Origin: Flaccisagitta enflata
Taxonomy: Eukaryota
Assembly (NCBI GenBank): GCA_965153355.1
Contig: OZ231126.1
Coordinates: forward strand, 7,874,001 to 7,938,000
Direction of reading: 5' to 3'
Length of the DNA: 64,000 nt
The position numbers and the translations under genes were made by a program. The notes under the pieces were generated by a model that saw only the letters and a program-made list of their open reading frames with translations, had not been told where the DNA came from and made no database searches. Shown here one piece after another: positions 27,176-39,749 of the stretch. How positions within the stretch are numbered: the stretch's first letter is position 1; each line of letters starts with the position of its first letter.

Positions 27176-28681
27176 ATGGATTTGCCTCTGCTCAAAACGC
27201 TTCAAAATATAAAGCAAATCGAAAACTATCAATCTGAAAATTATCAACCAAAGACATTAGATCTGAAGACTTTAACTCCAAAATATCGAAACGTTATCAT
27301 TGTTGACCAAAGTCAGGATGACTCCGCTTTCGAGGTATCATTTTTCCGCAATCCTTCCACGGAGCAACGGCTTACCAACGGAGACAATCACGTGATCGAA
27401 CGAGAACTCATCACCAACCGGATCGATCGTGCGTTAGCTATCGCTATGAACTACTCTAAGAGTCCACTTTTTATCGGTGGCTGGAGTATTGTTTTAAAAG
27501 AGGGACTTTACATTATAGGGCAATTTCACTTTCGAAGATTTTGCAGCTTGAAAATCGATTTCGAAATCGTCGGTTTACACGAAGTTCGACTATTATGGCA
27601 AGATGACGTTCTAGACTACACGCCGATGATCTTCTCGACCCAGGCCAGTCTTATGACTATAAACAACATCAGAATTTACGACATGCGGACACGTAAGTCA
27701 ACCCCAGGAGCAACAATAGGCAGCAACGACGGCTCCAGAGTGACTCTCACCAACGTTTTCATTCATGCCCCCGGCGCCGTTGCCGTTGACGTTAGAGACG
27801 GATCTTCCGCTTTCTTTGAAAAATGTACGTTTACGTCGTGTTGGAGCGGAATTAACGCAACGGAAAAATGCAAAGTTCACATGGAACACTCGTGCGTGAG
27901 TAACATGGATCACGCAGCAAATTTTAAGATTAACTCGGAGTTTAATTTCTGGAAATCCAGATTAATATGTGCTGGATTAGTTTCAGTGAATCGTTCAAAA
28001 GGTGTCATAAACGAATGTAGAATCGAAAGAGAAGGTGATGCTGATATCAAAGCTGCGGCGATTTTGGTAACGAATGAGGGTCGGCTGAACTGCAACAAAA
28101 CTATGTTCAGAGGATTTTATCAAATATTCCGGATTATAGGATCCAAAACGGAGGCTACTATTAACTCTTGCGTCCTCAGTAATAGTGCCGTCACCGCCCT
28201 TGTTGTTGAAAATGGCAGCATCACAATTAGCGGTTGTGTTATCGACTGTTCATATAGCCTAATGTATGTCGCCACTAACGTCAAAGGAAAGATGCTGATC
28301 ACCAAAAATAAGTTAAGTGAATCAACACCACGAACCGTTTACATCGACAATGTTTCAAAAAGACCAGAGCACGATTTTGACATTGAATTTCAGCTTCTGA
28401 TTTACCGACAAGACCTCGTTCCTTCTGATAAACAAAAGTCTAAATACACCCTTTCAGTGAAACAAAACGCGCGCCTTGAACAGGACTTTGATGTCATGGA
28501 CAAACTTAAAGACAAAAAATATAAAAAATGTGCCAAATGTTGGAAGTTGGAAAAAATAATTTCTATGCATAGCTGTTTGCCATGCCATGTTTTCCTTTAT
28601 TCTTTCAAAGGTTGCGTTCCATCTTGTCAGTCTTGTCCTTGGCCCTTCTCTATGAAAGAATGGTTTGTAATGCCTCTTTAG
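27176..28681 (+). CDS. Intronless 501-aa protein: right-handed parallel beta-helix (pectin-lyase-like) repeats with a C-terminal degenerate MYND-like Cys cluster
   Basis: Long non-repetitive ORF. Cap motif IDRALAIA..IVLKEGLY; ~22-residue coils such as VTLTNVFI, AFFEKCTF, GVINECRI, ATINSCVL, ITISGCVI; tail CAKC-x11-CLPC-x4-Y..CVPSCQSCPW. Confidence 0.75.
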   Translation: MDLPLLKTLQNIKQIENYQSENYQPKTLDLKTLTPKYRNVIIVDQSQDDSAFEVSFFRNPSTEQRLTNGDNHVIERELITNRIDRALAIAMNYSKSPLFIGGWSIVLKEGLYIIGQFHFRRFCSLKIDFEIVGLHEVRLLWQDDVLDYTPMIFSTQASLMTINNIRIYDMRTRKSTPGATIGSNDGSRVTLTNVFIHAPGAVAVDVRDGSSAFFEKCTFTSCWSGINATEKCKVHMEHSCVSNMDHAANFKINSEFNFWKSRLICAGLVSVNRSKGVINECRIEREGDADIKAAAILVTNEGRLNCNKTMFRGFYQIFRIIGSKTEATINSCVLSNSAVTALVVENGSITISGCVIDCSYSLMYVATNVKGKMLITKNKLSESTPRTVYIDNVSKRPEHDFDIEFQLLIYRQDLVPSDKQKSKYTLSVKQNARLEQDFDVMDKLKDKKYKKCAKCWKLEKIISMHSCLPCHVFLYSFKGCVPSCQSCPWPFSMKEWFVMPL

Positions 28682-29132
28682 CATCTCTAACATAATTTGA
28701 ACAAAGAAATATACTGTCTTAATGCTCTTCAGGCTAGAGCCGTAATGACTTTTTGATTTTCATTGATCGTCGTGTGCTGTTATTCTGCCTTACTGTATGT
28801 CTTTGCTATGTTCTTCTTCTTTCTTTCAGAAAACTGAGGCTTGGAATAATCGCTCAAGTTAACGTTCACTATTTTCAAGTTCACAAATACAGCCATAAAA
28901 AATGTTCCCAGCGCCAGTTTGTTGCTTAAGACCGAGCTTATCTCCAGGATTCATTTTAGAATGAGGCTCTCATGCTCAGTTATGCTCTCAGGCTCTCATA
29001 GGGTAGGCCATGAAGCGCTGTTTTTCAGGTGTTTCATCCATCTTTATCTCCGCACAAGAACGCTCAATCTTGGTCAGAGTGGGGCGCCTGTTATGCCCTG
29101 TTATGCCCCTGCTCTGAACTGACTTGGCTTTT

Positions 29133-29428
29133 GCACCCCAAAACATCAGAGAAGGCAAACATGAAGACATTGGACGGTTGACGCAGTGAATGACGGAGGA
29201 GAATGAATAGGAAATGACTGAACAGGAAAGGAATGAAGGAGGTGATGAATGAACGAAAGGGGAGATGTATAATTCGTCTCCTCCATCATTCACTCATCAC
29301 CCCCTTTATCCATTGCCCTCCTCTTTCATTCATTTTCCAATCAGTCATTTCACATTCTCCTCCATCATTCACTGCGTCAACCGTCCGTTATCTTCACGTT
29401 TGCGCTTCTCCGACGATTTTGAGGCACT
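29133..29428. repeat. ~300-bp imperfect palindrome (MITE-like or hairpin)
   Basis: GGACGGTTGACGCAGTGAATGACGGAGGAGAATG (29172) mirrors CATTCTCCTCCATCATTCACTGCGTCAACCGTCC (about 29353-29386); the arms extend outward and inward. Confidence 0.75.
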
Positions 29429-30769
29429 TGGCGTTGAGCGATTTTTAAAAATTTCGGGTCTTTGGGTACCCCCAACCACAAGCAACATCGTCTGAAATTT
29501 TCAAGCAATTTGCACCTTGCGTTTGCGACCAAGAGTGTTTTTAAATATTGAGTACCTTGCCGCCGGGTGGGTGTCGTCGTCGTCAGATTTAAAAAAAGGC
29601 CGTATTCACAGCAGTATAAGTCGCAGGCGGGTGGGCAGGAGCGGAAAATCTCATGAAACTGATTTGTGACAGATGGACAGACGGACCAATGGATGGACCA
29701 AAAAGTGGCTCCAAGAGTTGCGTGTCTACGACTAAAGATGGATAATTTTTTTACAGGGATGTATACAATTAGAGAGGGGACCCCTAAAAATTCTGTTTCT
29801 TTTTTGAATGATTTTATCGAAGTAGGCCTATTTAAGCACTTTTAAAAGTATGAGATATTAACCGGGTTCATTTTTATATAAATTAGACAATGATTTTTTA
29901 ACAGACTTGGTTGAAAAAGCTTCAAAATTGGTCCTCGATTGAAGACTATTTTTAAAACTTTCTCGTCGCGTAAACTCAACTTGATAAGATACACAACTTA
30001 AAAATCAATAAAAAAAAAAAGCTAATATCTTATAACGCAGACTTTAGTTTTAATTCAAATTTTGCAGGGGCTGTTCAATTGACATCCTTTACTTGTACCC
30101 CAAATTAAAAAAAAGTTCACATGCCTATGTAAATCGCTTAGGTCCTAGTAACATATTACTACATAAATAAGCTAATATCTCATACACCAGACCTCAGATT
30201 TAATTCGAGTTTTGCAGGGGTTGTTTTTTTAGTACTGTTGACTTGTATACCAAATTAAAAACAAATTCACATAGTTTTACTACCTTCTACTTATGTAAAT
30301 CGCCAAGTGCAGTAAAATATTACTACAAAAATAATAGGCAAAGGGTAGTAAAAAATTATATGATTTTTTCTGATAATTGGTACACAAGCTCCCATTGACA
30401 AAAAAACAACATAGGAAAAGTTTCGTGAACTTCTGAGGCCTAGTTCAGAAGATACTTTTTTTATAAGAGACCTATTTTTTTAACTAAGCCTGAGTGTTCT
30501 TAAATGGCAAGTCATTGTTTTTGATCGCGTTCAGGTTCATAATGAAGACGTCGGCGCGGCGGTCAGGCGGCAAGGTACTTGAATTTTTGAAAAGCTCTCT
30601 ATAATGTAAACGCGAGCTGTAAATCCGCAAAAAAATTTATAGAATGACTCTTACGCCTAAGGGCGCTTACTTACTAAGAAGTGATAAAATCGCTTAACTC
30701 CAAGTGCCCGTCAACTACATACTCTTTTGTGTGACAAAGCACCTTTATGACTGGCTATACCTGGCCTTG

Positions 30770-30964
30770 TTTTTAGTCGCGTGCTACGCGACTCTACACC
30801 CCGCTTTGTTGGTCCGTCGATCCGTCCATCGGTCCGTCACTCTTTACTTTTTTTGGGTATTTGCGGTCTTTGGCCTCACTACGCCTGCCCGAGTGATCAC
30901 GTGACCTCAAATATGGCCCTGCCCACCCGCACGCGACTGGGGTAGCCGTGTATCCGGCCTTGTT
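30770..30964 (+). mobile_element. Helentron/DINE-1-like element, family A (further copies near 29595, 32340, 34302, 35918, 36147, 39025, 43773, 47900, 58890)
   Basis: TTTTAGTCGCGTGCTACGCGACT hairpin, GTCC repeats, ends GCCGTGTATCCGGCCTTGTT. Confidence 0.8.
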
Positions 30965-31679
30965 TGTATAAAAACCTAGTTTATAAGAACATCAAGGTTT
31001 GAAATTATTTCCCAAATTAAGAACATTGTAATTATTTTTTTAATATCTTTTTTGAAGGCTTTGGCTAAAAAACGATGTTCTTAAAAAAAAAATTAAGTAG
31101 TAAATGTTACAAATGTTCTCGTCTATTTTGTCAACATCAGCGCACTGGTCGTTGTTAGTCCTCGTTGATTTTGTTATCTCCGTCATCAGTATGATTCATT
31201 ATCAGAGTTTATAAAGATGCAGCTACACGCGTATAGGCGCATATAGGCTTTCTCTCTCCTCAGTTTGCCCGAGACGTGCAAATTGAAGGCCCAAAGGAGC
31301 TGTAAGACTCACGTTGCTTAGATCCCCGTTATCATTATGCTCTGATGGTGTTCATCTTTAATTGCCAACACGCAACTAAGAGACTTTGTCTGTCCGTCGG
31401 TCCATGAAGATCGTGTTGAAAATCGCTAAAACTAGGACTAGAACCAATCGTGGAGCTTCCCTCCAGGGCCAATCAAATTCATTTGGTTTGGAGAGACGAA
31501 AAAAATTAAAAAACGTCAGTACGTCACTCTTTGTTCGTTGTTTGTTCCTTTCTCTAAATGATATTTCACTGCAAATTTTGTCTGCGTGGGTGAAAATGAT
31601 TGCGTTCAGGCATACAACTTCCTTAGGATATTGTTATTATTTTGTCATGCGTTATGGGACTTTACAGAGAGTCAAAGAT

Positions 31680-31790
31680 AAGTGGTTGAAAAATGAAAAA
31701 AATATTGGACAAACATTGAACAAATAGGCTGTGTCATGTGACTTATGTGAAAAATGGGGGCATATAAAGTGCAGCGGCATTTACTTGGTA
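31680..31790 (+). pseudogene. Degenerate PHD-finger fragment, probably a LINE ORF1 remnant
   Basis: AVSCDLCEKWGHIKCSGI matches the C-x2-C-x2-W-x-H-x2-C half of a PHD finger; preceded by an in-frame stop. Confidence 0.5.
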
Positions 31791-31889
31791 CAACAATTGC
31801 TCGATGGCAGGAACTTTCCCTCGCGCTTCAGAGGCCCTTGTTTTGATACTGTTCCACATGTTTTCAGGGAATTAAATCGATTTTATGGA

Positions 31890-32086
31890 CAGGCTTGTTG
31901 CCAGCGGGTACCGCCAAAACTCCCTTGCTGCGGAATGATTGCTACAAAACAGGAACAAGGTTTTAACATCTACCAATTGCAGCTGGTAGATTGACAACTT
32001 CAAGTACGTCAAAGAACTATCATTTGTTCGACCATGGCACGTCATCAAATTTAGTAAATTAGGCGGTACCCGCTGGTGACGAGCCT
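31890..32086. mobile_element. ~200-bp MITE
   Basis: TIR AGGCTTGTTGCCAGCGGGTACCGCC / GGCGGTACCCGCTGGTGACGAGCCT. Confidence 0.65.
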
Positions 32087-32744
32087 CTCAATGTTATCGA
32101 CAGGATCTTTCTAAACTGAGGCACTTTTTAGTTGCATGCTACGCGACTATACCTCGCTTTGTCCTTTCATTGGTCAGTTGGTCGGTCTGTGTCTGTCTGT
32201 TGGTCGGTTGAAAGGTATTATCTATACTAGTGTTAGTCTCGTTGCCGGCGGCGCCGATCTTCCATCGACAAAACATCTTACGGGCGCTTCCGACCAAACG
32301 ACGGACAAAGCCTCTTTCAGAGTTGCGTGCCCCCAACAAAGATTAGGCCGGATACACGGCCAATTCCCGTCGTGGACGATTAAGCAGGGGCAGAAATGCG
32401 TGTTTTCGCACTTTCAAACTCGATCATTACCAACGGACCAACGGACAGACAGACAAAGCCCCCTAGTCGCTAGTCCGCGACTAAAACAGATAAATCAATG
32501 GACTGATTGATGGATGAGCAAAGCGTGTTGCCAGTCGTTTGTACGGGACCAAAAGGTGAAATGGGGATTCCTGGGCTGATGGGGAGCCGGAGTCAAATTA
32601 TCAAGTTCATTCAAGTCGTCAACACTTTTGTTGTTTTGCATTTGCTATGTCAAGGGACCAACATATTTTTAATCGCGTGCTACGCGACTCTGCACCCCAC
32701 TTTGTCTGTCGGTCGGTCGGTCTGTTGGTCGGTCTTGACATTTG

Positions 32745-32926
32745 GTATTTGTCAAGAGGACAGACAATTTTTATCTGGCAAGAGGACAGACAATTGTTAT
32801 CTGTCAAGATGACAGACAATCGTTATTTGACAAGAGGACAGACAATCGTTATTTGACAAGAGGACAGATAATTGTCATTTGACAAGAGGACAGACAATAG
32901 TTATTTGTCAAGAGGACAGACAATTG
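32745..32926. repeat. 26-bp minisatellite (ATTTGACAAGAGGACAGACAATCGTT)
   Basis: About 7 tandem units visible. Confidence 0.9.
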
Positions 32927-32968
32927 TGATGCAAAAACCACTCGTTATTCAAAAATATTTTGAACGGT

Positions 32969-33541
32969 TCAACCGACCGACAGACTTAAAAGGCAAGGTA
33001 CGTGGAGTTGCGTGTCCGCGCCTAAGGGTGATGCTGACAGCCCTCGAACCAATCCTAGAGCTTCCCTCCAGGGCCAATCAGGTTCATTTGAAAAGACTAA
33101 AAAATATTTTACCGCCTTGATTGCGTTCCAGTTATTAATGAAGACGTCGGCGCGGCGGTCAGGCGGCAAAGTGCTTGAATTTATGAAACGCTCTTTATCG
33201 TAAACACAAGCTGCAAATCCCCTAAAACTTTCATAGCATGACTCTCGCTCAAGGGGCACTTGCTTACCAAAAATAAAATCGCTCAACTGCATCAAAGTGG
33301 AAGCTTAGCATCGCCAATAAACCAAAATGCTCTGTTGCGAACGCGAGCAGCAAATCGCCTGAGAGCAGTATCATTAAAGGTGAATTTACCGGCCATTTCT
33401 TCATCAAAGTCTCATGAAGTTTGGTGGGCACATACACCACATCGTTTCAACAGTCATTTGCGATCCGACAACCCCTGCAACGCGGCTTCAACACCGCTAG
33501 AGCTTCGTCGATTTTCGCGAATCCTAATAACTCATCGCCCA
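32969..33541 (-). pseudogene. Disrupted coding sequence of unknown family; paralogous fragments at 30520-30700 and 31438-31490
   Basis: ORF ..NSSTLPPDRRADVFINNWNAIK.. aligns with ..NSSTLPPDRRADVFIMNLNAIK (30520-30590 minus) with several synonymous changes; stops and frameshifts upstream. Confidence 0.45.
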
Positions 33542-35159
33542 TATTTTTAGCTTAAACTTCTAAAAGGCTGAGCTGATTGACCTGAAATTATGAAGGGGGA
33601 CACTTTGCAATGTCTGCTATCAAAGTATCGAAGTATAATCTTGAGTCCGTTTATTGGTTGGTCGGTAACGCTTAACCTCAAGTTTTTGCTAAATCATCCG
33701 ATATGTGATTATTTTTAGTCCCGCACAGGCCGTGTCAGTCGGTATGTCCGTATGTCTATTTGGTAATGACGCCGACTTTGAGAGGGTGATGTAAGCAAAC
33801 ATCTATGTTCTCTTTGATAAGTGATAGCTGAATAGATAAGAGACAAATGGACAGACAAACTACGTCAAGCCAGCCAAAAGAATTCGTCTGGGATCATTAT
33901 TTATTTTTTGGTCTTTTGGTTGGTCCGTCGTCCATCGATCTATCAATCCATCTGTTCTTTTAGCGCAAAACACATTTTCAGTCGCGGACACGCGGCTCCA
34001 CCTTGCCGTATTGGTCGGTAGGTCCATCCATCTGTCCATAATATTTCTAAATTCAAAGCGGTTTTCGCATTACTGCCTAACCGCTTCTGCCCAACCGTCC
34101 GCGACTGGATTGCTGTGTACCCAGATTCGGCACCCCATACTGTCGTGGTGAAACAAACCACCGTCTTTGCCTGACCAAAGAAGTTATCTGATTAAACTTT
34201 CTAAGATGGCCGATCCAAAGTGTGCGGCGACATACGTGTTTTTTTTTTTATAATAATATTATCAAATTTTACATCAATTGAATGCTTAGCTTTTCCCATT
34301 GTTTTTAGTCGCGGACACGCAACTCTATAAGAGGCTTTGTCCGTTGGTCCATCGGTCCGTTGGTGCGTCATGGTGATGGTTGAAAAGTAGGAAAACGAGC
34401 GTTTGCAATACTATTTCTGTATTTTTGAGTGTTAGGGTATGGGTGAGGGTTGGATGCCCCTGCTCACCCGTCCGCAACGATATTGTGACCCCGCGTCACT
34501 TATTTCTGATGTTCCTTATACTCAGTTCATAGTTTTATGAGCGCTCGTGCATGAAATTTGCTGAGTCTGAAGCGAACCAATCCAAGTTGCGGAAATCGTC
34601 ATGACTTTGTTTAGCTCCACTTTGAAAGGCTGTAACTCAGAGACGAATTGACCAATTGACATGATTTTTTGTATGGTAAAATCATATGATCTTGTCTACT
34701 ACAATGCAAAGTTTAAGAATTTTCAGTAGGTCCAGCAACCCAAAGCAGCTGAATTCGCCGCCTCTGAGCATTACTCGACCCGATGGTGAAAAACACGGAA
34801 ATATCCCTCTGGCTATCAAGAATTCAGGTTAGTATTAAGGATAGTTTTTAGGCTATCGAGTATTTAGGTTAGACTCGGTGTTTAGACACGGACGCGCGAC
34901 TACACCTTTGTATCGGTCTGTCCGTCCATGATATCTTTTAAACGGGAACGTTTACTTGCATTTTTCCCCTGCCCAACCATGAAGCCTTATTTTTTCACTT
35001 TTCAGGATGTAATTTTAAACGTTATACGCATTGGTGCGCGTATGAATAGTATCCCTCACTGTATCCAAACTGAAAGCAATGGAAGAGGGCCTTGTAAGTT
35101 GTAAACCCTCACTTACTTTTTGAAATGCACAACACTTAGTTTTCCTCTTACCTACCCCT

Positions 35160-35416
35160 GTCATGGCGGAGGACCTTCGTCAAGACATAGGACCTTTGTC
35201 ATGACAGAGAACTCTCGTCATAAGAGAGGACCGTTGACTTGACGGACGACCCTTGTCATGACGGACAACCCTCGTCATGACGGACAACCCTCGTCATGAT
35301 GGACGACCCTTGTTATGACGGACGACCCTTGTTATGACGGACGACCCTCGTTATGACGGACGAGCCTCGTCATGACGGACAACCCTCGTCTTGACGGACG
35401 AGCCTCGTCATGACGG
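35160..35416. repeat. 19-bp minisatellite (CATGACGGACAACCCTCGT)
   Basis: Directly visible tandem units. Confidence 0.9.
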
Positions 35417-37911
35417 CTCGTGCGTTATATACGCTGATTCTGAAGCGAACTTATCTAAATGGGGGAAATCGTTTTAGCTCAACTTCATCATGACAAAGGA
35501 CCCCCAATCCCCCATCATGATGAACAACTTCAGAGTATCCTTCAGTGTTTTTATTCGCAAGCTATCGTCGATTTGGTTGAGAAGCTTATCTCCATTTTTA
35601 AGTCACAGACTAGTGACTGTGAGAGGTTTTGTCCATCCGTTGGTACATTGGTCTGTCAGTAACGCATGAAGGTAAAAGTGCGCATTTTAAGATGCCTCAC
35701 ACATGCGTGGGGGGTGTATGCCCTGATTTTATAACTAAGTTACTTCAGACAATGCCTCACGGCTAAGGCCCTTGGGCAGTACGTAAGGACAATCCTCAGG
35801 TGCTATTTTAACTCGTTAAAATTAAAGTTAAAAGCAGCCAAATTCGCCCACTCAGAGACATAAGTCTACTCGACGGTGAACAAGGTCGGAGGCCAATAAG
35901 GTGCGCCGTGTGACAGGAACAAGGCCGGATACATGGCTACACGCCGTGTGCGGGTGGGCAGGAGCAGTGCTGGTGGTCACTAGAGCATCTGGGCAGGAGC
36001 CGTATGCTCATGTAGCTGAAAAACCGCCGAAAAAATAACAACCGACGGACCAACGGACGGACGAACCGACATAGCGAGGCGTAGTCGCGTAGCATGCGAC
36101 TTAAAAAAGCATGTTACTGTCTAGGACCAGAAAATGTAAAGATCCTTTTTAGTTGCGGATACGCAACTCTATAAGAGGCTTTGTCCAACCATCCATTGGT
36201 CCGTCTGTCAGCATGATTCGAAAAGTGGGAAAACGCGCATATCCGCCCCTGCCAACCTGTCTGCAACTGGTGGCCGTGTATCCAGCCTTGTTACATGTTT
36301 GAGGCAATAATCTTTAGTCAAGGAAAACGCAGGAACGCGACTTTACCTCGCCGTGTTGGTTGGTCCGTCGGTAAATTTACTGAATTATGAGTGGGTTTTG
36401 CATTGGTGCCCTTGACCAATCGTCAGCGACGCTGGTACCGTTAATTCGGCCTTATTTTCGTGGCTAGGCGCTATGTTGGGAATATTTGTTTCATATCTTA
36501 TGATTCTATTGTTAATGATTTGCAAGTCAATGATTAAACATTAATAATTTATGAGGAAAAATATCCGAGAGAATGGTACGGCTTTGCATAGAAGCAGTCG
36601 CAGGTTGTTCCAGCATCGATCGCGTAAGTTCAGGAAACAAAGTTGGGGACTTCGCAAAAATAAGAAATCGCCCCGCCGTTTCTTCTTTCATACTTTTTTA
36701 AAATGAGTAAATATTTTGAACGGGAAGAGATATCTGCATGAAATTTTGAACATGAAATATTTATACTTATGACCGTTTACTGACAGTTATTTGAGGAAGT
36801 CATGACAGGAATGATCATGTATCAATTAATTTTGATCAATATTATATTTTTGATATCGTTGAAAAAAAAAGGCGATAGTAATTATGTGATCGCCGTACAA
36901 CTTAGGAATTGTCAAGGGGTTGAATGGTTCTTCACGATGATTAACTTAACCTAAAGCAAAAAATCACGAACATGCTTCGCTATCAGACGCGCACATGAAT
37001 CTTGAACTATTTCAGTTGCGTACACGCGACCATGACTGTCCATAGGTTCGTCAGTTAATTGCTACCATGGTAGAATATGGTCCCTCTACCAATTTTTCTC
37101 ACTCAGTCTGTCAGATTCTTTAGTATTTGGTAATTTTTGCTTAAATAAGGTGATGCTGACATTAAGCTTTATTCACAAGTTGGTATTCATTCAAGACCGT
37201 CCTTCCCTTATGAAAAACGGTACACTTTTTTTTTTATAAGAACATCATTTTTTAAGCAAGCCTTAAATGTTCTTAAATTTTGAGCTTTTTTAGAGTTTGA
37301 AAATGTAGCAGATTCAAACGTTTTAAGTAAATTGTAATCAATGGAAATAAAAAATATAAAATATATAAAGTGAGACATGATTTGCCAAACAGAAAAGATA
37401 CAGAGTTTGTCCATTTACAAAGAACAATTTAAAAAAAAAAAAAAAAAATGTTCTTAGATTTTTAAGGTTTTAGGCCTAATGTTCTTAATTTTTTTAAAAA
37501 ATAAAGCTTTCTAATGTTCTTAGCATGTTCTTAAATTTTTTACTGTTTGATGCCTAGCGTTCATATAAACTTGGTTCTTATAAAAAAAAAATAAGTGTAT
37601 TTTCCTCTCAAGCCTTAGCTTTGATCTTTTCATTGCAAGTGACTCATTTGGGAAAAGTAAAGTTTTCTAAATTCTTACGTTTTAAATGTCGAGTTTGGTT
37701 TTCTTTAAAATGTCTCATTTGCTAACTGTCTGTTTTTTTCTCTGTAAGAGAGAGGAGAAAAAGACATATAAGTGTTGGGAACAGCAGGTAGACTCCTATG
37801 TTGAACAATACTTTCTATAACACAAAACGAAGAACATATCACGATCAACATAATGCAAAATGACAAGGCCGAATACACGGGCCAAGACGGTGCGCCGAGC
37901 GTTATTAATTC

Positions 37912-38270
37912 ATAGCTATCCCTAGCCCCATCAGACCTATCCCTAGCTCTATCAGACCATTCCTAGCTCTATCAGACCTACCCCGCCGGGCGTTATTATA
38001 CCATAGCTATCCCTAGCTCCATCAGACCTATTCCTAGCTCCATCAGACCTATTCCTAGCTCCATCAGGCCTATCTCGAGCTCTATCAGACCTTTCCCAAG
38101 CTCTATCAGACCTATCCCGAGCTCTATCAGACCTATCTCCAGCTCTATCAGACCTATCCCCAGCTCTATCAGACCTATCCTCAGCTCTATCAGACTTATC
38201 CCAAGACCTATCCGACCTATCACTTGAATATATCCCACCTATCCCAAGCTCTATCAGACCTAACCGTAGC
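37912..38270. repeat. 21-bp minisatellite (CTCTATCAGACCTATCCCNAG)
   Basis: Directly visible; explains the IELGIGL ORF. Confidence 0.9.
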
Positions 38271-39454
38271 TGATTATATATTATATTTTCAGCGATTTTT
38301 CATTCGAGCGTGACCGACGGATGGACAGACAGAGATTCTTATAGAGGTGCTATGGCGCATCTAAAAATCATCCTAGCATATTTCTGAATCATTTCTAGTG
38401 ATTTTTGTTTCTTTTCGAGATTTTCAACTCGAGCGTGACCGACCGACCAACCGACCGACTGACCTTTCTATAACAGCCAGTAACTCAAACCAATGGTTCA
38501 ACGACCAATCCATAATAATAGACCCAGATGATAAATCCTATCCAGGTCCAAAATGGTTGTATATTCATCAAAGACGATGATTCTGATTCTGTTTTCTCAA
38601 GATTTAATGTCAAAAGCGGGGTTTGATCTCGCGCTCATTCTGTGAAAGAAAAGACGTTGAGACGTTGCTTCGTTTGTTGTCTCCGAAAAAAAAGGAAAAG
38701 CGAAAGTTCAAGAAGACGTGGTTAAAAGTTTTGTGTTTTGCCTTGTTTAGATAAAAACCTCCGCTCGTCTTCGTCTATCAGAATTTTCCGATACAAGTTT
38801 GTGAAGGTGGACGGTCCGAAGGGAGTAACCTTGTGCTATATTTTTTAAGACATTACCATTTAATTTTACATCATTAGAAAGCCCAGCGTGTTAGTTTTCC
38901 TCTGTTCTTTTTATTTTTCCGATACTCCTAATATTTTAGATGTAGATATCAAAAGAAGCTTAGTTCATGATTTCATGAGCGCTCGAGCGTGACATACGCT
39001 TTTAGAACGTAACATGTTCGTGATTTTTAGTCGCGTGCTACGCGACTCTACACCTCGCTTGGTGGGTCCGTCTGTCGGTCCGTCCGTCAGTCCGTCACAC
39101 TTTACTTTTCTTGCGTTTATGGGGTTTTGGCTGTATCGCTCCTGCCAAAATGCTTCACTGACCTCAAATATGGCCCCTGCCCACCCGCAAGCGACGTAAG
39201 CTCAATTTCAAACAGGCATGGTTAAGTTAGTTGTGTTTTGCCATGTTGTTCAGTTATCATACTTTGATTTGATACTCTTGTAAATGTTTAAACGATCGTC
39301 TAGCGCAGATTTAAACCTTCGCTCATCTTCGCCAGGAATTTTCCGATTCAACTTTTTATGGTGGCCGGTCCGAAGTTGATATTATTTTTGAAATATTACT
39401 ATCAAATTTTACATCTTTAAAAAGCCTAGCGTTAAAGCTTTACTCTGTTCGTCT

Positions 39455-39749
39455 AAGGGGTGTATATTATTGAGTCGCTTTTGATTTTTTCCTCCCTGCC
39501 TTTGATTTTCTTCCCCGCGACGCATCGCGCATTGCGTTTTAAATCTATGGTTTTCCTCCATAGCCAAACAATGTATTAAAGTTTAGTAGTATTAATTATT
39601 ATGTTTCCTAATTGTGTTTTATGATTGTACTATTAAAGTTATACTTTCCCCATATCTCTTTCTTCTTTTTTTTCCCCCCTTTGATTCCTTTACATCTCCA
39701 AACCTTGATTTTTTCCCGGGGAGAGGGAACTCAATGATATACAGGCCTG
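39455..39749. mobile_element. MITE-like element; partial related copies near 48100-48297 and 52910-53031
   Basis: Termini AGGGGTGTATATTATTGAGT / ACTCAATGATATACAGGCCTG; an inverse copy ends ACTCAATTATATACACCCCTG at about 53030. Confidence 0.55.
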
